From Chlamydiales bacterium (GTDB lineage: Bacteria; Chlamydiota; Chlamydiia; Chlamydiales; JAACFD01): a stretch of DNA of 34,830 nucleotides. The stretch covers positions 1 through 34,830 of the forward strand of contig JAACFD010000001.1 in assembly GCA_009937555.1 (NCBI GenBank). Reading direction: 5' to 3'. Both the position numbers and the translations under genes were made by a program. Numbering within the stretch: position 1 is the stretch's first letter; each line of letters begins with the position of its first letter. Below, one piece after another: positions 24,521-33,216 of this stretch. Under the pieces are notes generated by a model that worked only from the letters and a program-made list of their open reading frames with translations, had not been told where the DNA came from and did not search any database.

Positions 24521-25825
24521 ATGTCAGTTCAAATGAATACAATGCAGCAGTACTTTGTAGGTAAAATTGATGATAAAATTAAAAATTGCTCAACAAAGCC
24601 AGCTGGAACAACTTTAAATCATACTATAACAAAACAAGGTGTGTCTTTTAATATTACCCTAAGTAAATTAGCTAACGGTAAAGTATCTGTTTCATTTGCT
24701 AAGCCTTCAGTTTCTGATGCTAGCAAGCTAAGTGATAAGCAAGTAAAAAGTCTAGCTAAACAGGTTCAGACAAGCTCTTACTTCAAGACTCAGATTAGTC
24801 AGAAAATTGAAGAGTTAGAAGGGAAAGATATAGGCCGTCACAAGTCAGTAATTACAAAGAATGGAATGTCTGTTAAAGTAACAGTTGAAAATACCCATAC
24901 TGGCTCCTTTGTTGCTGTAAGCAAAGCTTATAAAGTAGGTGAAAACTTAGATGCTACAGAAAGAAAGTCTGTTGCAAGTATGGTAGATACAATTGCTCGT
25001 GACAGTGGCGCTTTTAGATCATTAAACGGAGTAGAAGTAAATCCTTTTGAAGACATGCTAGTAGGTCTTGAGGAAGATGAAGAAGTCCAAGCACCTCTTC
25101 TGCAGATTATCAATGCTGATGCCGGTGATCATATTGATGGCGGTGACGATCACAATATAATCCCAGCTATTCTAAGACCCTTAAGGTTTGATATGCCAGC
25201 AGCTAATGCTCCAACAGCAGAAACTGTAGCAAATGATCAAACTGCCAACCAACCTTTAAGAACACTGGCTATGGCAGGTATTACCAACTTAGCAAGAACA
25301 TTTAATGTTAGAAACTTAGCAGATATAACAGACCTGGATATCACTTTTAACAGAGGTTTATTTGCTATAAGAAGACCTGGATTTAACGCTCAAGTTTTTG
25401 TTCAACCTAGGCTAATGAGACAAATGTATGCTCTTTTAACACAAGCACAAGGGCAAAATACAACAAGAGGAGAGCTTGCAGGTGATGCTACCATAGTTAG
25501 AAGAAGAAGGTCAGGCAATGTAGTGACTGAGCAACCTACAAGAGCTCCGCTTGCTATGAGAAGAGCTATAGCACCAGCTTCTACAAGTACAGCAAGCATT
25601 GCAAATGGCTTAGCCTTTATGTACTCAAACTTATCAAACTGTGAGGCTGCTCAGCGGACAGTAGCTGATCTACGTAACTTTGGGTTAGTAGCTCAAGTAA
25701 CAGATAGCCTTTCTAGTTTTACTAGTACAGCAGCCTCTATTCTTAGGCTAGCTAACTTGCATAGCTTTGGACAGACTGTCCAAAGAGCTCTGGCAGGAAG
25801 CCCTAAAGATGTAAAAGAAGACTAA
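24521..25825 (+). CDS. Hypothetical orphan protein (434 aa); candidate secreted effector
   Basis: Strong SD AAAGGAGGA 7 nt upstream of the ATG, its own terminator and a 322-nt AT-rich upstream region. It has an internal tandem duplication (aa 33-89 vs 107-166) and an A/R/T/N-rich C-terminal half. No TM segment or family motif. Confidence 0.6.
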   Translation: MSVQMNTMQQYFVGKIDDKIKNCSTKPAGTTLNHTITKQGVSFNITLSKLANGKVSVSFAKPSVSDASKLSDKQVKSLAKQVQTSSYFKTQISQKIEELEGKDIGRHKSVITKNGMSVKVTVENTHTGSFVAVSKAYKVGENLDATERKSVASMVDTIARDSGAFRSLNGVEVNPFEDMLVGLEEDEEVQAPLLQIINADAGDHIDGGDDHNIIPAILRPLRFDMPAANAPTAETVANDQTANQPLRTLAMAGITNLARTFNVRNLADITDLDITFNRGLFAIRRPGFNAQVFVQPRLMRQMYALLTQAQGQNTTRGELAGDATIVRRRRSGNVVTEQPTRAPLAMRRAIAPASTSTASIANGLAFMYSNLSNCEAAQRTVADLRNFGLVAQVTDSLSSFTSTAASILRLANLHSFGQTVQRALAGSPKDVKED

Positions 25826-25866
25826 TTAATCACTAGATTAATTTTTACTAAAAAGAATTTTCACAT

Positions 25867-25902
25867 AAGCCCTCAATAGCTATTTAGCTTTGAGGGCTTT
25901 TT
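25867..25902 (+). terminator. Rho-independent terminator of the 434-aa gene
   Basis: Perfect 10-bp stem aagccctcaa (25867-25876) / ttgagggctt (25890-25899) followed by ttt. Confidence 0.75.
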
Positions 25903-26007
25903 AAATAAGCTTTTCCTTAACAAGGAAAAACCGAATAAGCTACCTATTTTTCAATGAATTACCTAAAATAGCTCTACCGTAAGCAAACAATAATCAATAG
26001 TATCATA

Positions 26008-27333
26008 ATGAACATACAGCCTTTAGAGATAGGACAGAAACTCCAGGGAACAATTTCTGATGTTGCCTTTGGAGGCAATGGAGTGTTGAAGTCAGAATAT
26101 GGAGTCATTTTTGTCCCTTTCTGCTTAGCAGGAGAGAAAGTGGAAGTCGAAGTCACTAAAGTTAGTAAACGCTACGCTCATGCTAGACTAACTAGTATTA
26201 TCAAACCTTCCCCCTATAGGATAGATACTCTTTGCCCTCATTTCACCTCTTGTGGTGGCTGCCAATTACAACATGCACAATACGATCACCAGCTCAAGAT
26301 AAAGAAGCAATTTTTACAAGACTGCTTAACGCGAATAGCAAAAATAGATAAGCTCCCAGAAATTGAACTGTACCCTAGCGTAAAGAAATTTTCCTACAGA
26401 AAGCACGTAGAGTGGACACTGATTGAGGATAAGCATACTCAAAAAACTTATGGTGCCTACCACAGAGCCTCTCAAAATAAATCAACATTTAAAGTTGAGA
26501 GCTGCCCCATTTTTATAGAAGACAATACCTTTATCACCTACTTACAAAGTCAACTCGAAACATTAAGCCTTACTCAGAAAAGTAAAGCTCGCCTAAGGCT
26601 CATTAAGCATAACCTTGATGAATTCACTCTATCTTTCCACTTCCAAAAACTTCCCAAGGATTTTCTAAGATGGGCTAAAAAACTTCAGCCTGAAACTAAA
26701 AAATACCAATTAAGCATTGAATTTAGCTCACCTAGCCGTAAGGGAAGTTTTGGTAAAACGGCAGCTAGCTACTCATTTAATAACTACCAATTTAACTTCT
26801 CCCCTCTTGGTTTTGTTCAAAATAACTTTGAAACTAGTGAGTTACTATACTCTAAGATTGGTGAGGTGATTCAAACTTTACCAAAAGCTAAAGGTTTAGA
26901 CTTATTTAGTGGAGTAGGCATTAGTTCATTATTTTTATCTTCTCTTAGCAAAAGCATTACTTCTATTGAAATGAATGCACATTGCGTATCTCAAGCAAAA
27001 GAGAATTTTGCCCTGAATAAAGTTGATAATGTCTCACCTCTACAAGGGGATATCTACAAAATTATTCATGATTTAGATGTAGCTGATTATGAATGGGCCT
27101 TACTAAACCCTCCTAGAGAAGGAGTAAAAAGCGAGCTGCTACAGGCTATTTCTTCTCTCAAGACGCTTATTTATGTATCTTGCAATCCTAGCACTCTTGC
27201 TAGAGATCTAGAAAGATTAAACTCAATTGCTAACTACGAGATAAGTCTCATCAAAATTTTTGATTTATTTCCTCAAACCACACACTTAGAAACGCTTATT
27301 GTACTAACGAATGTTGGACTGACTTTGAAGTAG
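26008..27333 (+). CDS. rlmD: 23S rRNA (uracil-C5)-methyltransferase, RumA/RlmD type (TRAM domain plus Fe-S cluster)
   Basis: TRAM-like N-terminus (GTISDVAFGGNGVLKSEYGVIFVPFCLAGEKVEVEVTKV). Fe-S cysteines CPHFTSCGGCQLQH. C-terminal LNPPREG, YVSCNPSTLARDL and DLFPQTTHLET motifs. Confidence 0.88.
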   Translation: MNIQPLEIGQKLQGTISDVAFGGNGVLKSEYGVIFVPFCLAGEKVEVEVTKVSKRYAHARLTSIIKPSPYRIDTLCPHFTSCGGCQLQHAQYDHQLKIKKQFLQDCLTRIAKIDKLPEIELYPSVKKFSYRKHVEWTLIEDKHTQKTYGAYHRASQNKSTFKVESCPIFIEDNTFITYLQSQLETLSLTQKSKARLRLIKHNLDEFTLSFHFQKLPKDFLRWAKKLQPETKKYQLSIEFSSPSRKGSFGKTAASYSFNNYQFNFSPLGFVQNNFETSELLYSKIGEVIQTLPKAKGLDLFSGVGISSLFLSSLSKSITSIEMNAHCVSQAKENFALNKVDNVSPLQGDIYKIIHDLDVADYEWALLNPPREGVKSELLQAISSLKTLIYVSCNPSTLARDLERLNSIANYEISLIKIFDLFPQTTHLETLIVLTNVGLTLK

Positions 27334-28014
27334 AGAAGGGTCATCTAGAGTATAATTATTGGTAAGCTCTGCCGTATAGCGGAGTTCATTAAAGTGTTGA
27401 GGATATACCCACTTAATTTGATCAGGATAAGTTTTCCCAAAATCTCTAAGTAATGCTGCTAAGTGATAGTCCACCTGCCAGCACTTATGGATAGTATCTA
27501 TAAAATCAATTGAGTTTTTCCCAAGCTTAGTAGAAGCTGTTGCTACCCAAGCATCTTGCCAGTTACCCCAAGAGTCTTGAGCTTTTACACGAAGCACTAG
27601 TGCAATATCATAGCGCACTAAATCATAACTGTTTTTTGCTTCATTGAAAATGATCTGTCTTTTAGTTTCTTTTTGTGTGTACTCAAAAAGAAGATGATAC
27701 TTAGCTTCATCTTTATCATCTTTGACTTTATAGCCATTAGCCCATAAAAAACTTTTAATCTTAGAGCTTATGTTATCATCAACCTCTTCAATGCGCTCAG
27801 AGCTTGGAGAGATATAAAAAGAATCCCCTGTAGAAAAACTAGTGTCCATAATTGCGGGGTCGGTCTTGACTTGAACAAAGATTTTTTCCCAGGGATACGA
27901 GCTTAGACTTCGCGATGGAGAAAGAATGCCAGTAAGGTTATTTAGTTGCGAACATGAAACTGTTAACAAAATGATACATACGCAGAAAAAGCTAAATAGT
28001 ACTTTATGCTTCAT
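27304..28014 (-). CDS. Probable lipoprotein, function unknown
   Basis: MKHKVLFSFFCVCIILLTVSCSQ is a signal peptide with a lipobox-like TVSC. The 3' end overlaps the rlmD 3' end by 30 nt (convergent). Confidence 0.5.
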   Translation of the reverse strand: MKHKVLFSFFCVCIILLTVSCSQLNNLTGILSPSRSLSSYPWEKIFVQVKTDPAIMDTSFSTGDSFYISPSSERIEEVDDNISSKIKSFLWANGYKVKDDKDEAKYHLLFEYTQKETKRQIIFNEAKNSYDLVRYDIALVLRVKAQDSWGNWQDAWVATASTKLGKNSIDFIDTIHKCWQVDYHLAALLRDFGKTYPDQIKWVYPQHFNELRYTAELTNNYTLDDPSLLQSQSNIR

Positions 28015-28106
28015 TATTAATACCCCAAGGAGTGCTATAAGGATTTAAAGCAAACTGATAATACAGCTATAGCAAAATTGCAACTAAAATTTCCAAAAAG
28101 AAGTGC

Positions 28107-29510
28107 TTAAGCAAAAGGCCGAGTTAGTTTTCTCAGCGTAATAAATAAAAGGAGAATTGAACTTACAAGTAATGAGACAAGAAAGTAGAGAGTTAGCTGG
28201 CTAAAACCTTGGAAAAACTCTATGCTAGAAAATAATAAAAGCTGTCCAAGGAGAACCACACATATATAGCCTAAAGTGTCTATAAGTAGCTTATAACGAA
28301 AACGATATTCTGAACCTATTCCGTATATAGCTAAGCTTTTGGATGGAGCCCAGATGAACGAGTTGAGTAAAAAGTAAAGAAGGTAATAAGTTTCTCCACT
28401 GGCAGCTATACCCGTGGTTACTTGATAATCTCCTAAGTTTTCGAGCTGCAGTAAGGGAATAAAAAATTTAGCTCCAAATACTAAAAGTATAATAGGCAGG
28501 CAAAAAACTAAGCTACGCCAGCCTACATGTTTGATAAAAAAGTAAATTACAAAAGCTCCAATCACACTCCCTAGCATAGCTGTTTGAACTAGCTGTTTCT
28601 GTATAAGGTCCAAGTAAAGAGTTAATTCTAAGTGATTAGGGTATTCAATACGAATAATTTGGTTCCATATACTTGATACAGATAAAAAGCACAAATATAG
28701 AGCAAATTCCGCTAATAGTGCATAGCTTAGAAAAGTTAGAGGCTTTACTATTTTTAGCCCTTGTTCAAGTGCTGCACTTTCTTTCGTGAGATCTTGAGGG
28801 CAAGAACTAGGTAAAAAACGAATAACGCCATAGATAAGCAGACATAGTACTAAATTAAAAACTAGAGAAGAGCCAAAAAAAGAAAAGTAAGAAAAGTTGA
28901 TACTTCCCATAAATGAGTAGGAAACACGTTCAAGAGGCAGAATTTGACTAGGAATTGCATAAAGTAATGTCTGAGGAATTATGATAAGAAAAGGGAGAAG
29001 TTTTTTAGACAAAATAAACGGAGTAATCTCTAAAAAATATGCTAGTACAGCAACAAAGCCAATGGTAAAACAGGCGCGAATGAATATGTTAAAAAGACTA
29101 AAAACCCATACTCCATGGAAAGTTTCTAGCTTATCTTGCAGACCTGCCCGTTTGGCATGCTGAAGCATATCCACAAATAAAGATGGCATATCCCAGCTGC
29201 TACCAAATGGAAAGAGGATAAAGAGAAAAATAAAATAAAACAGCAAAAAGAAGTTAAAGCTCCACAGCAGGAGTTTAAAGCTAGGTAAAAACCGCCTTGC
29301 TACAAAAATAATAGAAGCTAGCAAACAAATGCTAATATTAGAAAAAAACTGACAAATGTTTAGGTTCTCACTACCCATGGGGGTATTTCTTAACGCTTCC
29401 TCAGAAAGAGCATTTAGGTAACCAGAGGTAATGGCAAACAAGCTCAACACAGCTATAAATGGTAAGAAATACTTAATTAAAGGAAGCTGAGAACGCAAAA
29501 ATTTTATCAC
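28107..29510 (-). CDS. Polytopic integral membrane protein, probable transporter (family unassigned; faint TLC/NTT-like N-terminus)
   Basis: 467 aa with at least 10 hydrophobic helices. GTG start at 29510, 6 nt after the SD AGGAG and 24 nt after the upstream symporter gene. The N-terminal pattern FLRS.LP..KYFLPF... / ...LEIT... loosely recalls nucleotide transporters. Confidence 0.55.
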   Translation of the reverse strand: MIKFLRSQLPLIKYFLPFIAVLSLFAITSGYLNALSEEALRNTPMGSENLNICQFFSNISICLLASIIFVARRFLPSFKLLLWSFNFFLLFYFIFLFILFPFGSSWDMPSLFVDMLQHAKRAGLQDKLETFHGVWVFSLFNIFIRACFTIGFVAVLAYFLEITPFILSKKLLPFLIIIPQTLLYAIPSQILPLERVSYSFMGSINFSYFSFFGSSLVFNLVLCLLIYGVIRFLPSSCPQDLTKESAALEQGLKIVKPLTFLSYALLAEFALYLCFLSVSSIWNQIIRIEYPNHLELTLYLDLIQKQLVQTAMLGSVIGAFVIYFFIKHVGWRSLVFCLPIILLVFGAKFFIPLLQLENLGDYQVTTGIAASGETYYLLYFLLNSFIWAPSKSLAIYGIGSEYRFRYKLLIDTLGYICVVLLGQLLLFSSIEFFQGFSQLTLYFLVSLLVSSILLLFITLRKLTRPFA

Positions 29511-29534
29511 TATAGACTCCTAAAAGCGTGTCTT

Positions 29535-30734
29535 TTATAACTTAACCTCTTTTAAATCCTTGTCAACTACAGCTGTAATACATGAGTCAGACCAGACATT
29601 AATAGAAGTTTCTAGCATATCTAGTAAGGCATAAGGCGGTAGCACTAGCCCTAGCAAAGTTAAAGGAACTCCCATTGAACTCAGTAAAGCTCCTGTTAAT
29701 AAGTAACACCCCATTGGGACGCCTGCATTTCCTACTGCCGCTAAAGTGGAGATAATTACCCATAAAAACTTTTCTGGCCATGTGAATACTACTCCAGCAT
29801 TTCCTGCTATGAAAAGAACAGAGATTAAAATGAAAGCAGCGCATGCATTCATATTAATAACTGAGCAAAGAGGGATCGTAACATCAGCCACTTGTTCTTT
29901 TACATTAAAACGCTTTTTAGCACACTCTAACGTTAAAGGAAGAGCTGCATTAGAAGACTTGCTAAAAAAGGCTAAAGTTAGTGCCGGCGCCATACTTTTA
30001 AAAAGTTTCAACGGAGATATACCTTTTAGACGTAAAAATAGCGGTAGTACAATAAAACCTTGAGATAGGTTAGCACAAACCACACAAAGTAGGTAAACAC
30101 CCAGCAACTTAATATCAAGTTCTCCATCTTGAAACTCTTTTACTAAAAGAGTAACGAAGCACCAAACTGCAAAAGGAATCAAAAAGCCTATAACCTTTGT
30201 CAACGACAGAAAAACCGAGAAGAAACTATTAAATGTCTTATGTAGATATTCCCTGCTTTCTTCATTTAAAGTTAAGCTAGCAGCACCAATAATAAAGGCA
30301 ATAAATACAACACCAACTACATTGTACTCTAAAAAAGCTCCTATAAAATTTGGCGGAATAATTTTTAAGAAGAACTCTAAGTAACTTTTCTGTGCAGCTT
30401 CTGGAATATCTACTTGAAGATCCCCCACCTCAGCAACAGGTGAAAAAAGGGTAAACAAAAGCAAACCTACCAGCGAAGCTATTAGTGTAGTGGAAATAGT
30501 ATAAAATAAGATCTTACTGCCCATCTTTTTCAACATACGGATATCATCCATCCCTGAAACAGTTGCTAGGACTGCAAAAAAGATGACTGGCAGCGCTAAT
30601 AGCTGTAGAAAATTCAAAAACAAACTAGATAAAGTCTGAGCTAGGAAAATAATATAAGAATGTCCCCAGTAAGCACTGAGTATCCCTAAGATAATACTAA
30701 GTAATAAAAATAGATGCTGATTTTTTTTATCCAT
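29535..30734 (-). CDS. Dicarboxylate/amino acid:cation symporter (DAACS family, GltP/GltT-like)
   Basis: FFSKSSNAALPLTLE, VINMNACAAF, AAVGNAGVPMG and DMLETSINVWSDSCITAVVDK correspond to the conserved HP1/TM7/HP2/TM8 blocks of the family. Confidence 0.88.
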   Translation of the reverse strand: MDKKNQHLFLLLSIILGILSAYWGHSYIIFLAQTLSSLFLNFLQLLALPVIFFAVLATVSGMDDIRMLKKMGSKILFYTISTTLIASLVGLLLFTLFSPVAEVGDLQVDIPEAAQKSYLEFFLKIIPPNFIGAFLEYNVVGVVFIAFIIGAASLTLNEESREYLHKTFNSFFSVFLSLTKVIGFLIPFAVWCFVTLLVKEFQDGELDIKLLGVYLLCVVCANLSQGFIVLPLFLRLKGISPLKLFKSMAPALTLAFFSKSSNAALPLTLECAKKRFNVKEQVADVTIPLCSVINMNACAAFILISVLFIAGNAGVVFTWPEKFLWVIISTLAAVGNAGVPMGCYLLTGALLSSMGVPLTLLGLVLPPYALLDMLETSINVWSDSCITAVVDKDLKEVKL

Positions 30735-30798
30735 GAAACATATACTGCTGCCGTAGCGCTTAAATTCATTAAGCTTTTAAATTATAAAAGGCCGGGCT

Positions 30799-33108
30799 AT
30801 GTCAGAAGTACTTAACGAACTAAAAGACACTGCACTAGATTGGACAAAAGCTATTCACGCTAAGGGCCAAGACCTTATAGATGATGTGGTTACTGAAGAG
30901 AAAATCATAGCTGGGGGAGCTCAAAAAGCTCAAGGAAATTATTTTTCTGGTCGAGTTTTTACCCAATTAACTGGTCTTAGTGTTTTTATCGTCTCAGCCA
31001 TTGTTTTTTTTCGAGATATTATCCCTACACTTACTCCTAAAAATGTGGAAGTTCACAGAGGAAAATCACGACATTTTACTCAGGTTTGGTTACAGGCCAG
31101 GCACCCTGGATTTTCTGTTGCGCTATTTGTAGCTGGGACTGCATTTTTCATCTATACTCAAAGAAAAGAATACTGGAATGATCCCAAGTATGTCCAGGAA
31201 CAAAGGGTTGATTTTCTTCAAAGCACACATGATTTTACAGACCTTTTCAAAGATACAGACCATCTAAACAAACTGTTAAAGCACGGCAGTATTACCCCGC
31301 AAGAGACCCGAAATAAATTTGAAGAAAAACTTTCTCATGCCTCTCACTTAGAGTTTGTTGAATGGGTATTGGAACTTAAAATTGAAGATTTAGTAGCTTA
31401 TAAGAATCAAGGTATTATTGATGAAAAGCTTTTTATCGATTTCTCTATCGGTCGCTCACCTTTAGTTTTTTTAGATTTGATTTCAATTTTAGATATTTCT
31501 TACTGGTTTATATTTTTCTATAAGTTAATTGAATCTAAAGTTCTTTCATTAGGAAAATTCCAAAAGAAACTTGCTCACGAACTTGCCCCCTTTACTAGCT
31601 ATAGCGAATTAATAAAAAAGGTTGCTTGGAAAAAATTAAAGCTGCTGTTAGAAAACGGCTGGTTGCCAGAAGAAAAACTGCAAGCTATAACAGAGAATTC
31701 AGGAATTACAGATATCAAGCTACTGCTTCAGGAAGAATCTCTTTCAGGAATTCTAGAGTCTGGTGCATTTAAGGCAAAACAACTGTCTTCAATAGTTAAA
31801 AGAGAGCTAATGCAAAGTGCCAACTTAAACGATGCACTTAGGTCACTTCCTGTAGCAACCCTTATCAAATTTTATGATGAAGGCTTGCTAGATCAAAAAC
31901 TTTTTATTAGTAAACTAACGGCTTGTGACCCTACTTCTTTTCGTAATCTAGCAAGCTCTCTCTCCGTTGGGCAAATAGAGCTCCTGATAGAAAAAGGTTT
32001 ATTCCCCCCTCAGATCATTAAAGAAAAACTGCTACAAGATATTGAGTCATTACATAGCTTAGAATTTCTTGTAGAAGCCTATGGCATAGAACATTTAGTT
32101 TTCTTCTTAGATAAAGAGTTTTTAAATCTTGAAGTTACTTCACACTTAAAAAAGTCGGGAAACATACCCTATGAGCACTTATTGTTGGCCCTGCAAGACC
32201 AAAGCCATCACGCAATTGAGCTACTGGATAAGCTTGTTAGATATGAATTGATTTCACTGGAACAAGTTCAAAAACAATTAAGTACTTTTTTTCTTTCATT
32301 TAGAGATGCCAATAGCCTTCTTCAGCACTTTAATTTTGCTTTTATAAAGAGCTTAATCACCTCAAACCTTTTACTCCCTGTAGAGCTTGCAAAATTGTTT
32401 CTAAAGCAATTACATAGTGAAGGTTTAGTTAACTTTATAATTGCAAACAACTGGACATTAGATGATTTAAACACTTTGTTTAACGAAGATACTAGCAATA
32501 TTTTGAACGAATCCTTTGTCATTTCACTAAGCGTCTACCATGATTTTTTTCACTTACTACACGATTTTCCATGGCATAAGTTACAAACATTTTTAGCTGA
32601 CTTTAAGCTTAATCCAGAGCCATTATCTCAACTATTTGATAAAAGCACTTCTCACTATGGCCTTCAGGAGGTATTTCAACTAATCTCCACAGAACATCTT
32701 GAGGAAATGTTAGAGAGCGGCGTTATCTCTAACTCTACAATTGTCTCATTATTTTATAGACTTGTTGAACATCTAAACTTCTTTGAAGTACTACACGCTC
32801 TATCGAAAGCTGAACTACTATTCTTGTTAGATAATAAGATTATTTCTCCTAATCAGTTTAAGACTGTGTTTTTGAATGATACTCAAGATAAAAACTACCA
32901 AGAAATAGAGCTCTTATTTACTGAAAACTTTTTCTTATTACAATTTGTAAAACAAAGAGATTCCTTACTAAAAACACTAAAAATTGAAAAAGATATACAG
33001 CAGTTAGACAAACTTCTTAAAAGTAGTCTACCCATTGCCGAAAAAGCAATCCTATGGGAGGCATGGAAGAAAACTCCTTTATCTATTTTTAGCCAGCTAG
33101 GGAGCTAG
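30799..33108 (+). CDS. Hypothetical Inc-like membrane protein (769 aa) with degenerate repeats of about 40 aa
   Basis: Two hydrophobic segments near the N-terminus (FTQLTGLSVFIVSAIVFF and GFSVALFVAGTAFFIY, 30958-31155). At least 12 copies of an L-[LI]-x-x-G-x-[LI]-x-x-x-x-[LF] motif follow, e.g. LLLENGWLPEEKLQAI, LLIEKGLFPPQIIKEKL, MLESGVISNSTIVSLF and FLLDNKIISPNQFKTVF. Confidence 0.6.
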   Translation: MSEVLNELKDTALDWTKAIHAKGQDLIDDVVTEEKIIAGGAQKAQGNYFSGRVFTQLTGLSVFIVSAIVFFRDIIPTLTPKNVEVHRGKSRHFTQVWLQARHPGFSVALFVAGTAFFIYTQRKEYWNDPKYVQEQRVDFLQSTHDFTDLFKDTDHLNKLLKHGSITPQETRNKFEEKLSHASHLEFVEWVLELKIEDLVAYKNQGIIDEKLFIDFSIGRSPLVFLDLISILDISYWFIFFYKLIESKVLSLGKFQKKLAHELAPFTSYSELIKKVAWKKLKLLLENGWLPEEKLQAITENSGITDIKLLLQEESLSGILESGAFKAKQLSSIVKRELMQSANLNDALRSLPVATLIKFYDEGLLDQKLFISKLTACDPTSFRNLASSLSVGQIELLIEKGLFPPQIIKEKLLQDIESLHSLEFLVEAYGIEHLVFFLDKEFLNLEVTSHLKKSGNIPYEHLLLALQDQSHHAIELLDKLVRYELISLEQVQKQLSTFFLSFRDANSLLQHFNFAFIKSLITSNLLLPVELAKLFLKQLHSEGLVNFIIANNWTLDDLNTLFNEDTSNILNESFVISLSVYHDFFHLLHDFPWHKLQTFLADFKLNPEPLSQLFDKSTSHYGLQEVFQLISTEHLEEMLESGVISNSTIVSLFYRLVEHLNFFEVLHALSKAELLFLLDNKIISPNQFKTVFLNDTQDKNYQEIELLFTENFFLLQFVKQRDSLLKTLKIEKDIQQLDKLLKSSLPIAEKAILWEAWKKTPLSIFSQLGS

Positions 33109-33216
33109 CTTAAACTACAGATGCATTAACAGTACTTTACAAATTCTAGGTAAGTTTATATAGATAGGGATGGATCTAGTGATTCTTACCTTAAAACTAA
33201 AACCTGGGAAGCTTTT

